Positions 1-9,320 are shown, numbered from the stretch's first letter. The stretch is DNA of 63,913 nt from an uncultured Smithella sp. (GCA_964480875.1 CAYZRT010000004.1:1-63913); one strand, 5' to 3'. Program-made: numbers and translations. The notes: a model not told the origin generated them from the sequence alone.

Positions 1-534
1 GCGCGATGTAAGCGAATCTTGTTCGGCATTGAAAGCGGAGTTAATGAAGTTTTAGCCGGTGTGGGTAAAGGGTATACAACGGATGATGTGAAGCGGGGGA
101 TCGTTGCTGCAAGGTCTGCAGGACTCGAAATCTCCGCTTTTTTTATGCTCGGACTTCCGGGCGAGACAAAAGAAACGGCAAAACAGACGATAGACTTTGC
201 GCTATCGCTGGACATTGATTTTGCGAAGTTTGCGATAACGATACCGCTTCCCGGTTCGGAACTCTATGATAATCTGGTGAAGCAGGGTAAAATTTCAGAA
301 CCGGAATGGGAAAGGTTTACAACCTTCAATCCCAATCCGGACTCACTTCCCTATATTCCCGAGGGTATGACGGGAAAAGAGCTTTTGCGGCTGCATCGGA
401 TGGCAAACGTGAAGTTTTATCTGCGTCCGAAAATCATATTCCGGCATCTTTTTGTGATCCGTTCAATCGGTTTGAAAATGATGTTTAATGGGGCGATGCT
501 GATATTAAAACAATTATTTAAGGGCGGGAAGTAA
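1..534 (+). CDS. B12-binding-type radical SAM protein, C-terminal portion (5' end outside the window)
   Basis: Frame 1 is open from the window edge to TAA 532-534. ILFGIESG and FMLGLPGETKET...IPLPGSELY match the C-terminal halves of the paralogs at 6551, 9321(-) and 16460. Confidence 0.8.
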   Translation, partial: ARCKRILFGIESGVNEVLAGVGKGYTTDDVKRGIVAARSAGLEISAFFMLGLPGETKETAKQTIDFALSLDIDFAKFAITIPLPGSELYDNLVKQGKISEPEWERFTTFNPNPDSLPYIPEGMTGKELLRLHRMANVKFYLRPKIIFRHLFVIRSIGLKMMFNGAMLILKQLFKGGK

Positions 535-2081
535 TGCGATTGCTGTTTATTAGACCGCCGAAATATATATGGCCCTACATGAATGAGCAGGACAACTATC
601 TGCTTCCTCAGGCGCTTGCCTGCCTTGGAGCGGAAACCAGACGGCAAGGTCATGAGGTCATCCTTTTGGATTGTATGCCGCTCAAGATAGGTTGGAAGAG
701 TCTCGAACAAAAAATAAGAGATCTTGCACCACAGGTAGTATTAGCGGGAGATTCGGAGACGCTGTACGCTCACGAAAGCGGCAGAGTATTTCAGATTGCT
801 AAATCCGTTTCAAAGAATATTTTTACAGTCGCGGGTGGCGTGCATTTTTCGTACACTTGTGAGGATGCTTTTTCAAAGTATCCCATTGATGCAATCGTAA
901 GAGGCGAAGGCGAAAAAACGCTTTCTGAACTTTTACAGACGTTGGAAGGTGGCGGTGATCTGACCAAGGTAAAGGGGCTCGCATTACCGGCCGGTGACGG
1001 TCGTGTGATATATACAGGTTATCGGGAATTAATTACCAACCTGGACGAACTTCCGATTCCTGCTTATGATTTGTTGCCGATGGATCGCTATGGGACGGCG
1101 CGCTATCTGTTTTCTCCGGGCGGTGTGACCATTCATCACAGTCGCGGATGCGTCAGCGGTTGCAGTTTTTGTGCGTGTTGGATTCAGATGGCTAAACGCG
1201 CAGGTGATCCGCCGAACGAGCAACTTTTCCCGCGCTGGCGCACCCGTTCCGTTGAACCCGTTGTTGATGAGATGGAACTTTTGCTAAAAAAATATGGTAA
1301 AAAATGTCTGGTGTTTGTGGATGATACTTGGAATGTCGACCCCGTGTGGAGCAACGGATTCGCCGATGAGCTACTGCGAAAAAAGCTTGGCGTGAACTGG
1401 TTTGCGTTTTTCCGCTCAGATTTTATGGTGAGAGACGAGGAATCAGGTTTGTTCGAGAAACTGATTGCGTCAGGGTTAACTCACATCTGTGTAGGTTTGG
1501 AAAGGGCAAATGATGAAGAGCTTGATAAGTTGGAGAAGCACAATTCAAATCCGGAATTGATGTTGTCATTCATCCCGAAGATGCGCAAAAAATACCCGTC
1601 GCTCTTTTTACAGACGACGTTTATCGTAGGGCTTAGGCAGGATACAAAGGAAAGCATGGAGCGACTGCTCAATTATGTTGAAAAGCTAAATCCTGACTAT
1701 CCCGCATTCCATCCGGTGACGCCCGTCCCCGGCACGCCGTTGTGGAAGGAAGCAAAGGGAAATGGATGGCTTGAGATAACGGATTTTGCAAAATACGATT
1801 GGATGACTCCGGTCATGCGCACAGATGCGATGACGCGCGAAGACTTGGAGTTAACGATTTGGGAGATGAACCGTCGCTATCTGAATCCGCTTCGGATTGC
1901 GCGGGGAATCTTTTCGCCGCGCAAATATCGTCGTCGGATGTATATGTGGTGGTTTGTGGTAAGCGTACGCGCAATTTTTGATTATTTGCTGGATCATCTG
2001 TTTATCCCACGCTCATCAAGGCGTGGCGAAAGTCTATCAGAGTATGTGGGATTAGTAAGACCCAAATGGTACAATAAATAG
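534..2081 (+). CDS. Class-B (cobalamin-binding domain) radical SAM enzyme
   Basis: The ATG overlaps the upstream stop (TAATG at 532-536). An N-terminal Rossmann-like B12-type domain (VVLAGDSE...VAGGVHFS...IVRGEGE) is followed by the CxxxCxxC motif HHSRGCVSGCSFCACW. Confidence 0.85.
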   Translation: MRLLFIRPPKYIWPYMNEQDNYLLPQALACLGAETRRQGHEVILLDCMPLKIGWKSLEQKIRDLAPQVVLAGDSETLYAHESGRVFQIAKSVSKNIFTVAGGVHFSYTCEDAFSKYPIDAIVRGEGEKTLSELLQTLEGGGDLTKVKGLALPAGDGRVIYTGYRELITNLDELPIPAYDLLPMDRYGTARYLFSPGGVTIHHSRGCVSGCSFCACWIQMAKRAGDPPNEQLFPRWRTRSVEPVVDEMELLLKKYGKKCLVFVDDTWNVDPVWSNGFADELLRKKLGVNWFAFFRSDFMVRDEESGLFEKLIASGLTHICVGLERANDEELDKLEKHNSNPELMLSFIPKMRKKYPSLFLQTTFIVGLRQDTKESMERLLNYVEKLNPDYPAFHPVTPVPGTPLWKEAKGNGWLEITDFAKYDWMTPVMRTDAMTREDLELTIWEMNRRYLNPLRIARGIFSPRKYRRRMYMWWFVVSVRAIFDYLLDHLFIPRSSRRGESLSEYVGLVRPKWYNK

Positions 2082-2096
2082 TTTTGAAGGAGATAC

Positions 2097-3425
2097 ATGA
2101 TTAATTACCATAATACACCCGCCATTATTTATGTTCATCCTAAGACACCCATGTTGTTTCGATGTATGCTCCCTATGTCGGTGCCAGCTATTATTAATAG
2201 AATCTCCTATCCTGTGGTTGGCTATTATCCTGATGAATTGCGTTTAGTTGATTTAAATAAGGTGAAAATAGTTATTATGGACATTCATTGGTATCTTTCT
2301 TTGAACGGTGCGCTTGAACTTGCTGCGTACATTAAAGAAAAAAAAACAAATATTATTATTATCGCGGGTGGATTGACGGCAAGCCTTTTTGCAGACATTT
2401 TGGTGAAAAATACGCCCATTGATTATATTATTCGTGGGGATGGTGAGGTTCCAACAGCACGACAGGTTGATGCGTTGATAAATGACAAAAATATAGAAAC
2501 AATTCCAAATCTTGTAGGGAAACATGAATTTGTTACCCCGTGGTCATTTAAGTTATCTCAAGAAGAAATAAATTTTAATAAGTATTATGATATTAATTTT
2601 TTTCCGTCGTTTAAGCGCGACACATATAAAATACATCAATACAACTCCGGTTGGCCGGTATCGATTTTTCCGTATTTGGCGTCATTTAGGGGGTGTCCGG
2701 TTGACTGTAAAAATTGTCTTGGCGGATTGTCTGAGCAACAAATACAGTTTAGGCGCGGACCGGTTTTTCGCACAGCGGAGAATGTGAAAAGAGATTTAGA
2801 ATTTTTATCAGACAATAAGAGCATTACTTTTGCAAATAATCATATAGATTACGTTGCTTTTTATGAAGATAAGGATGTGCAGTCTTTATTTTCACAGTGT
2901 TATAAATTAAAAATTCAACATGATTTCATAAAGGTGCCGCAAAAGCATATTTTAGAAATTTTTTTGAACAGTTTTTCAGGCGGTACAATTTGTTTTAGTA
3001 TGGACACATACCATTCAACATCAGAGATAATTGAAGATCCGGGAAAACTTATCGAAGCAATTAATATGGTTAAAGCAAAAAAATGGTACTATCCATTACT
3101 CTATTATGCGAGAAGATATCTTAAATCAAACAAAGAATACAGGGCAGCATTGAAATATATCGTTAAAAAAACACATTGTAGCCTGTATTATTCTGACTTT
3201 TTTTGGGGAGATGCTCCTTTTCCAAATAAGGAAGGGAATGGCGATATGTCGGAGTATGCCCGCTGTATGGCTATGTCACAAGGCCAAGGAAATAAATTCA
3301 AGGCGCCTAAACTTTTAGCAAACGGTGGTTTATTGGTGGATCGTTTTCTTCCGTGTTTGTCAATCCCTATACGACAATTAATTTACAAATGTCAAAATAA
3401 TTTTCCCTTATCTTTTTTTAAGTAA
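2097..3425 (+). CDS. Divergent radical SAM protein with a B12-binding-like N-domain
   Basis: IIIAGGLTAS...YIIRGDGE is followed by FRGCPVDCKNCLG (CxxxCxxC). It is much more diverged than the other paralogs and lacks their GxPGET C-terminal block. Confidence 0.65.
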   Translation: MINYHNTPAIIYVHPKTPMLFRCMLPMSVPAIINRISYPVVGYYPDELRLVDLNKVKIVIMDIHWYLSLNGALELAAYIKEKKTNIIIIAGGLTASLFADILVKNTPIDYIIRGDGEVPTARQVDALINDKNIETIPNLVGKHEFVTPWSFKLSQEEINFNKYYDINFFPSFKRDTYKIHQYNSGWPVSIFPYLASFRGCPVDCKNCLGGLSEQQIQFRRGPVFRTAENVKRDLEFLSDNKSITFANNHIDYVAFYEDKDVQSLFSQCYKLKIQHDFIKVPQKHILEIFLNSFSGGTICFSMDTYHSTSEIIEDPGKLIEAINMVKAKKWYYPLLYYARRYLKSNKEYRAALKYIVKKTHCSLYYSDFFWGDAPFPNKEGNGDMSEYARCMAMSQGQGNKFKAPKLLANGGLLVDRFLPCLSIPIRQLIYKCQNNFPLSFFK

Positions 3426-3461
3426 AAGATATTCTTGCTAAATCATCAATGGCGTTATTGT

Positions 3462-4274
3462 CTAAGAAGGCTGCCTATGGATGATTACGCGATCTACGAA
3501 CGGAGGAATTTCGCATGGCGGATTTTCATAATAGACGGTATTACCCCGGTAAATAAATCGCGTATTGTCACCGTGCGGAGTGAGCCGAAAATAACGTTCT
3601 GCGCAATGGTGTCGGCAGCTATAAATGCCAGGTATGCGTCCTGGACTCGTCAGCCGTTCGACGGGCTGGCAGAACCTTGTACTCGTTATATATACATATG
3701 GGGTGTGGAGACTGTACTCAAAGTCTGTCACGCCCACGGTGCCAAAACCCTGTTGCGGATTTTGTATTTCAATTCTCGACACATGTCGTTCTTTTAAAAA
3801 CCTTGCGAAAATTGGATTATTAACGGATATATGTTGAAACTCCGCTCGTTTTTTTTCAAGTTCCGACCCGTCGAACGCTGTGTCAAGTATTTCCATAATC
3901 CTGGGGTCACTTCGCTGAAAAGCGAGTATTATACCGGCGACAGGTTTAAGTCCTTTGAAATCTGTTGCAATCGTCGTGAGAAATCCGAGATCGTTAGCGA
4001 TGACCTCGGAACCTGGCGCTAAAGAAGTGAGCGTTTCAGCCAATGCAATTGCGTGTCCTATATGCGACTCCGTCAAATACGGCGTAACAAGGTGAAGACT
4101 AAGACCGCGCTCCTGCGCCGTCCAAATAAATCCAGCCAGTTCTTCACGGGTCGGTAAAGCCTCCTGACAAAACCCGCTGCCAACGTACACTCCGGTGAAT
4201 TCAGCTTTTCCGCAAGGCATCTCTGCCGCTCTCTCGATAAATATTTTTTTATCCGGTTCTTTCTTTTCAGCCAT
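3462..4274 (-). CDS. U32-family protein, small UbiV-like partner
   Basis: 270 aa. GVYVGSGFCQ...LHLVTPYL...VIANDLGF...VAGIILAF follows the layout I recall for UbiV (VIYLGEAVCS...VLSTLAL...IEASDLGV...VAGHALN). It lies 30 nt downstream of the larger U32 gene. Confidence 0.55.
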   Translation of the reverse strand: MAEKKEPDKKIFIERAAEMPCGKAEFTGVYVGSGFCQEALPTREELAGFIWTAQERGLSLHLVTPYLTESHIGHAIALAETLTSLAPGSEVIANDLGFLTTIATDFKGLKPVAGIILAFQRSDPRIMEILDTAFDGSELEKKRAEFQHISVNNPIFARFLKERHVSRIEIQNPQQGFGTVGVTDFEYSLHTPYVYITSTRFCQPVERLTSPGRIPGIYSCRHHCAERYFRLTPHGDNTRFIYRGNTVYYENPPCEIPPFVDRVIIHRQPS

Positions 4275-4304
4275 CTGCTTTCAGGATTTCGCTCCGCTCA
4301 ATTT

Positions 4305-5432
4305 TTATTTGGTAATTTTATCAATCCCAAAGTTTATAACCTCTTTCTTATCCGGCTCGCAGTAGTAGCAGAATCCTTCGCCGCAGTAATTGGGATAGAG
4401 ATCCATTCTCATTTTTTTAACTGTATTCGTGTATTCGAGGCGGGACGGATTGCTTTTTAGCAAGGCTAGGGCGTCGCGCACCATGCGCGTGTCCGCACAC
4501 TTACGAGACGTTAGATTCTGGCGTCCAACAATCTTTACCGACTCTACGCCGGGCACCTGCACGATGTCATACAGTGCACAAAGACCGCATGCCTCGCGAA
4601 AATTATTCAGTGTATCAAAAAATCTGAAATTTAGTTCTGATGCGAGTACCTTGCCGTCTACCGCGTTTACCAAATCCGCTTTATATTCCCTGCAGCACAT
4701 CATTCCATTGCAGGCCGCAAACCTGTCCTGAATATGGTTAATTAGCCGATTTCGGTAAGTGCCGAAAAGGAAGGACATCTTGCGGCCAAGTAAACATTGT
4801 GCCAGCGCAGCCGCGTATGTAAACAAACCACCTTTCACCCTGTATGTTGCATGCTCGAATCGGCACAACGAATTCGGGAAATAACAGCGTTCTGACATTA
4901 TGAAAACTTCGAACCCGGTTTGGGGGCATGCCGCCGCCGTATCCGCGATCTCGCCTATGGTAAGATGCCGCGGCAGCGTAATTCGTGAAGCACCAAAATC
5001 GCGGTACAGCCGCACTGTATGAGAATTGAACGCCCCCCCGAACGTACTGATAATAACTTTTACACCAGGATATTTTTCATTCAAATAAGTAATCAACGCG
5101 ATATCGGCAACGATCAGGCCGTCAGCTCCGCAGGCGATGATCTTCTCAACCTCCGATTCAACCACCGAAAACTGTGCTTTCGTGTAGAACGCATTATAAG
5201 TAACGTATGTTCTCATTCCGTGCTGCCGCGCCGCCGCAACAATCTCAGACAGCTCATAGAAGTCTGAGAGATTTGCTTCCGGTACCTGCCGTGAATTCAA
5301 CGAAAACACGTTTGTATATTCCCGCTGCACTTCGCGGCGCATTATTCCACAGTATAGCTCTGTTGCGCCGGCCGCATGTAACGGTCCGACTTCGCTCAAA
5401 CTGTTTATAGGTGAAAGAATTTCCATATTCAT
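4305..5432 (-). CDS. U32-family protein, UbiU-like large partner
   Basis: 375 aa. The N-terminus MEILSPINSLSEVGPLHAAGATELYCG and the block GADGLIVADIALITYLNEKYP...ITLPRHLTIGEI...FEVFIMSERCYFPNSLCRFEH parallel UbiU (LEVFAFGSLCIMSEGRCYLSS). Confidence 0.75.
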   Translation of the reverse strand: MNMEILSPINSLSEVGPLHAAGATELYCGIMRREVQREYTNVFSLNSRQVPEANLSDFYELSEIVAAARQHGMRTYVTYNAFYTKAQFSVVESEVEKIIACGADGLIVADIALITYLNEKYPGVKVIISTFGGAFNSHTVRLYRDFGASRITLPRHLTIGEIADTAAACPQTGFEVFIMSERCYFPNSLCRFEHATYRVKGGLFTYAAALAQCLLGRKMSFLFGTYRNRLINHIQDRFAACNGMMCCREYKADLVNAVDGKVLASELNFRFFDTLNNFREACGLCALYDIVQVPGVESVKIVGRQNLTSRKCADTRMVRDALALLKSNPSRLEYTNTVKKMRMDLYPNYCGEGFCYYCEPDKKEVINFGIDKITK

Positions 5433-5489
5433 TCCATTTTTGAATAAGCTGTTCTGTTTATACTTTACATCTGGTTTTCCGCATTTCTG

Positions 5490-6260
5490 CTATGCCGGTC
5501 GTGCGGGCTTAGCTGTTTCATAACATATTGAAGCCCGCGATCTGGTTGTTCGGCAGTCAATTCCCAGTCCAGCCATCAAACCTGTGACCTTTTTTTCAGG
5601 GAGCGCGTTTCGTATCGAAAGCGCGAGCGCCGTTTCACCTTTGCTCGACAGCCCGATCCGATCCTTCATTTTCACATAAGCTGCATACCCTCTTGCAAGA
5701 AGCGATTCAGGATTCAAGTCGACAATAACAAGATTGCCGCCGGGTTTGAGTACGCGCCACATTTCCGAAATCATCCTGCGCGCGTCCTCGAAATGATGAA
5801 GAGACGCCTCCGAATAAACAAGATCGAAAACATCCGCAGCAAACGGCAGCGAATTGTCATCATTACGGACAAGTATCACCCGGGTGCCCATATTGGGTTT
5901 GTTCACCTTGGTTGCGAAACGGAGCATCTCCGGATCGATGTCGCAGCCCGTAACCAGAACGCTTTCTTTTGTGAGGCCGATTATTTGCTGTAACGTTAAC
6001 CCGGCACCGCATCCAACTTCCAGAACTGACATCGCATGACAGTGATTCATAAACCGGAGACATATCTTACGTGCATGACGCGAAGGGCGTTGTTTGTTCC
6101 TGTAAAGAAAAAATTCTTCTGTAGTCATCCCTTCTTTATTTATGATGCTCATTTGACCGATTTCTCCTATTTGACTTGCATTAACTTCTTTATAACATCC
6201 GCACATATGCGTTCTGTTAAAGATTATATATTCCCGCGCCGATTGAATTGTGACCCGCAA
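5490..6260 (-). CDS. Class I SAM-dependent methyltransferase (UbiE/Methyltransf_11-like)
   Basis: Motif I is VLEVGCGAGL, followed by VTGCDIDPEM and LKPGGNLVIVD. The real start may be the internal ATG at 6152 (MSIINKEG). Confidence 0.8.
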   Translation of the reverse strand: MRVTIQSAREYIIFNRTHMCGCYKEVNASQIGEIGQMSIINKEGMTTEEFFLYRNKQRPSRHARKICLRFMNHCHAMSVLEVGCGAGLTLQQIIGLTKESVLVTGCDIDPEMLRFATKVNKPNMGTRVILVRNDDNSLPFAADVFDLVYSEASLHHFEDARRMISEMWRVLKPGGNLVIVDLNPESLLARGYAAYVKMKDRIGLSSKGETALALSIRNALPEKKVTGLMAGLGIDCRTTRSRASICYETAKPARPA

Positions 6261-6550
6261 GCAGAATCTTATATAGAATTTCGCCCGCCGATATAATGGA
6301 ATAGATGACGGACTTCAAAAAGTCGGGTAGATAAAAATATTTTGCGGAGGAAAGTATAGGAAGTACGATTTTGTATGTCAACAATTTATTGCTAAAATGG
6401 AATTAATGGAATTAATAAACTTGTAATTCATTAGGTGACATGATAATTTCTCTAATAAAAAAATATAGATAAATAATTTCACGCTGTGGTCTCCGCCTCA
6501 GGGGAATAAACTGCATAAATGAATATCAGTATGAACTTATTTTTAAAAAC

Positions 6551-8005
6551 ATGAATAACACCCTCCCTAAAAAACATAGGGTATTATTGATCGTACCTGT
6601 TCCATCATCCAGATATAATCAATTTACCATCAATTATTATGCTCCAAATATCGGTTTGGCAAGCATAGCAGGGTATTTGATTGAAAAAAATATTGAAGTA
6701 GAAATTTTTGATGGAATTATTGATTCAAGCTTAAGAAATTTGTATAAAAAAATAGAAAGCTATACTCCAACACATATAGGAATTTCAGCTTTCACTTCAA
6801 ATATAAAATCGGCATGGAAGACAGCTCAAGCTATTAAAACTAAATTTAATCAAATCCCAATAACTATTGGGGGACTTCATGTATCAGCATTACCGGAAGA
6901 GTCGCTGGCAGAATGTCCTTATGTAGATTATGTCATCGTTGGCGAAGGCGAAGAGAGCTTCTATTCTTTATTGGAAAATATAAATACTCCACAAAATTTC
7001 AATAAAATAAAGGGGCTGGGCTACAGAATTAATTCAAAAATAATCATAAATCCTCCTTCCGATCATTATCATATAAATATGGATACTTTGCCTATGCCTG
7101 CTTGGCATTTATTCGATTGGGATAAATACAAGGAATACCCTTTCAGGGATAAGCATATCAATTCTAATCCTCATGAATTTCTTCTACAGACAACAAGAGG
7201 CTGTCCCTATTCATGTAAATTTTGTTCTCGTAATTTTGGGAATAAAGTCAGACAAAAATCACCTAATATAGCGGTTGATGAAATTTCAGTTTTGATAAAT
7301 TCCTTTAATGCAAAATATCTGCTTTTTGTGGATGAAACATTTACTATAAACAAAGAATATACAAAAAATCTTTGTAACCTTATTATTAAACGTGGTCTAA
7401 ACAAGAAGATCTCATGGTCCTGTGGAACTAGAATTGATAAATTGGATAAGGAAATATTAACTCTAATGAAAAATGCGGGATGCGTAAGTATTTTTGTGGG
7501 TTTGGAATCCGGATCACAAAAAATATTAAATTTAATAAATAAAGGTGTTAAAAAGAGCTGTTTTTCTAATGCGTTGAAGAATATAAAAGAACAGGGAATT
7601 AGTACAGTAACAAGTTTTATTTTGGGATTTCCTGGTGAAACCAAAGAAGATATAAAACAAACCATAGATTTATCACTTACTTTACCATTGGATTTTGTTT
7701 CATTTAATATTTTCACCCCGTTTCCAGGTTCAGAATTTTACAAAACCATATCTGTCTCAGATACTATCACTCTTAAAACACACGATTGGGATCGTTATGT
7801 AACACAAACTGGCTCATATCAGTTAAACCAGCCATCTATAAGAACAATAGATATTATTATATTGCATATACTTGCTTACTTAAGATTTTATCTTAGAAAA
7901 AATTGTTTTCATAAAATCTTTCAGATTATTAACATTAAAGTGCTATTTTATTTGCTAATAAATAAAATAACTGCAAAGATTTTTGCGGATCCCTATGAGG
8001 AATGA
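6551..8005 (+). CDS. Class-B (cobalamin-binding domain) radical SAM enzyme
   Basis: RVLLIVPVP...ITIGGLHVSALPEE...VIVGEGEE, then TTRGCPYSCKFCS, then FILGFPGETKEDIKQT...FTPFPGSEFY. Very AT-rich coding sequence. Confidence 0.85.
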   Translation: MNNTLPKKHRVLLIVPVPSSRYNQFTINYYAPNIGLASIAGYLIEKNIEVEIFDGIIDSSLRNLYKKIESYTPTHIGISAFTSNIKSAWKTAQAIKTKFNQIPITIGGLHVSALPEESLAECPYVDYVIVGEGEESFYSLLENINTPQNFNKIKGLGYRINSKIIINPPSDHYHINMDTLPMPAWHLFDWDKYKEYPFRDKHINSNPHEFLLQTTRGCPYSCKFCSRNFGNKVRQKSPNIAVDEISVLINSFNAKYLLFVDETFTINKEYTKNLCNLIIKRGLNKKISWSCGTRIDKLDKEILTLMKNAGCVSIFVGLESGSQKILNLINKGVKKSCFSNALKNIKEQGISTVTSFILGFPGETKEDIKQTIDLSLTLPLDFVSFNIFTPFPGSEFYKTISVSDTITLKTHDWDRYVTQTGSYQLNQPSIRTIDIIILHILAYLRFYLRKNCFHKIFQIINIKVLFYLLINKITAKIFADPYEE

Positions 8006-8048
8006 ATCGTAACCAACCTGGTACGACGTAACATTATATCTTGCGTAT

Positions 8049-8495
8049 TTATGGTAATATGATGTCTTGGCAATGTGTTACGTCCATATAGCGCAATTTG
8101 ATAAAAGTATAAATGAAAACACAAATGAATGTAGCAGTTACAAACATTGCGTTGGGAATTGGATTAAATAATAACCTGCAATAAACAATAAACAAATATA
8201 CTGCAAAGATGAATGTGATTTCTTTATTATACTTAACCATGCCGACCCATCCTATTATTTGCAGTATTGCCCGAACCCAAAATCCTATATGCATAGCCCA
8301 TTTTAAGTCATTTGAAAGAACAAGAATGAAAAGAAAAAAACCATACCATAGTTGCTCACGCGGCAGTTTTTTCTTAACAAAGAAATAAATGCAAAAAAAT
8401 ATGACGGTAGTATAAGACCAGCCGCCCATTAATAAAAATGGAGCAATATTGTCATTGATGTAGAATAGACTTAACGACCGCCAATTCATGTTCAT
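8049..8495 (-). CDS. Small polytopic membrane protein, unknown function
   Basis: 148 aa with about 4 hydrophobic helices by eye. It is third in a run of three small membrane ORFs on the minus strand. Confidence 0.55.
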   Translation of the reverse strand: MNMNWRSLSLFYINDNIAPFLLMGGWSYTTVIFFCIYFFVKKKLPREQLWYGFFLFILVLSNDLKWAMHIGFWVRAILQIIGWVGMVKYNKEITFIFAVYLFIVYCRLLFNPIPNAMFVTATFICVFIYTFIKLRYMDVTHCQDIILP

Positions 8496-8506
8496 TGCGG
8501 CAGTTT

Positions 8507-8929
8507 CTATTGGTATGCATATGAAGATCGAAAAAACGCTGCAAATATGACGAAATTTTTATAATCCCTTACTGTTTTTGGGTCAATCAGCTTATTTACA
8601 AACTCGTAAGCTAAATAAAATGTAAAAATCCAACCAACGGGGATAAAAATAGGCACATTCAAAAGCTTTATTGGCATATTGGGAAATTCATAAGAACGGA
8701 TAAATGAAAAATAATAAAATTCACGTACAAAACCGAACAGAAATCCTCCTACGAAAAACTCAAAAGTAAATCTACAGCCCTTGGTCAATAGGCTATGGAT
8801 GATCATTATTGAAAAGGCTATTCCTACGGATATGATAAATACTTCAAGCTTAAGCATGGGGTTGCCTCGTTTTATTGATGCGATACGTGATGGCAAAAAA
8901 CAATACAAGAGGCAGCAATGTAAGTCCAA
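8507..8929 (-). CDS. Small polytopic membrane protein, unknown function
   Basis: 140-aa ORF. The likely start is the internal ATG at 8857 (MLKLEVFIISVG), which overlaps the stop of the upstream 65-aa ORF by 8 nt. It has hydrophobic helices and a VPIFIPVGWIFTFY motif. Confidence 0.5.
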   Translation of the reverse strand: MDLHCCLLYCFLPSRIASIKRGNPMLKLEVFIISVGIAFSIMIIHSLLTKGCRFTFEFFVGGFLFGFVREFYYFSFIRSYEFPNMPIKLLNVPIFIPVGWIFTFYLAYEFVNKLIDPKTVRDYKNFVIFAAFFRSSYAYQ

Positions 8930-9047
8930 TCTCGACAGAAGACAGCAGAATGGCTACATAAATAATAACACCGCAAAAAATTAAAATAACAGAAAAAAGC
9001 AGAAGGTCTAAAATCATATTTTTTCTTTGCATTAATATTGGCCTCAA
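8850..9047 (-). CDS. Small (65 aa) two-helix membrane protein, hypothetical
   Basis: Two hydrophobic stretches (LLLFSVILIFCGVIIYVAILL, LTLLPLVLFFAI). Its position suggests translational coupling with the next ORF. Confidence 0.35.
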   Translation of the reverse strand: MRPILMQRKNMILDLLLFSVILIFCGVIIYVAILLSSVEIGLTLLPLVLFFAITYRINKTRQPHA

Positions 9048-9061
9048 ATTACTTATAATTT

Positions 9062-9288
9062 TTTATTGTGAGACTCAAATTTCAAAAGCGTAGCGCATTG
9101 AAATTTGTAAGTCGAACAATCCCGCACAGCGGAGGGTAATGAAACCCAAACTTCAGAAAGAGCGCGTAAGGAAGCTTGTAGGTCGAATGATCCTACCTAT
9201 GCATGGATATATACCCTGCCCCTTGGGGCGTAATTAGGTTCCAGTCCCGATAGCAATCGGGATTGCCCTGGGGTTCATACCCGTGATT
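9062..9288. repeat. Structured dispersed repeat, copy A (two hairpin units plus a 78-nt 3' module)
   Basis: Units A1 (9068-9117) and A2 (9138-9188), each followed by a short hairpin. The 3' module 9211-9288 differs at only 4 of 78 positions from 26960-27037. Confidence 0.75.
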
Positions 9289-9320
9289 TTCGTATCTGAT
9301 ACCCTTTTTCGCTATAAATA

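Noticed and set aside
6261-6550. A cobalamin riboswitch upstream of B12-dependent genes (also checked 11446-11773, 15239-15395 and 19937-20174).
   Set aside because: No B12-box-like core (GCCACTG context) or the surrounding conserved helices could be found by eye. A covariance-model scan would be needed for certainty.
7207-7716. A 169-aa ORF antisense to the AT-rich radical SAM gene, and the plus-strand ORFs 3435-3797 and 3625-3837 opposite the small U32 gene.
   Set aside because: These are nested antisense frames with no motifs. The sense genes have clear family signatures.
9068-9117. A hammerhead or other small self-cleaving ribozyme (TGA(G/A)AC ... GTCGAA flanking a stem resembles CUGAUGA ... 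GAAA).
   Set aside because: The conserved CUGAnGA core and the three-way junction are absent. Only a single bulged hairpin can be drawn.
9068-9188. A CRISPR array interpretation of the tandem ~50-nt units (also 63657-63830).
   Set aside because: The units are not identical direct repeats. Each is an internally self-complementary hairpin with diverged stems, the spacing is irregular, there are only 1-2 units per locus, and no cas genes are in the window.
9211-9288. A tRNA-like or tmRNA-like element (GGGGTTCATACCC resembles a T-arm).
   Set aside because: Only a 3-bp stem can form there. No acceptor, D or anticodon arms can be drawn around it.
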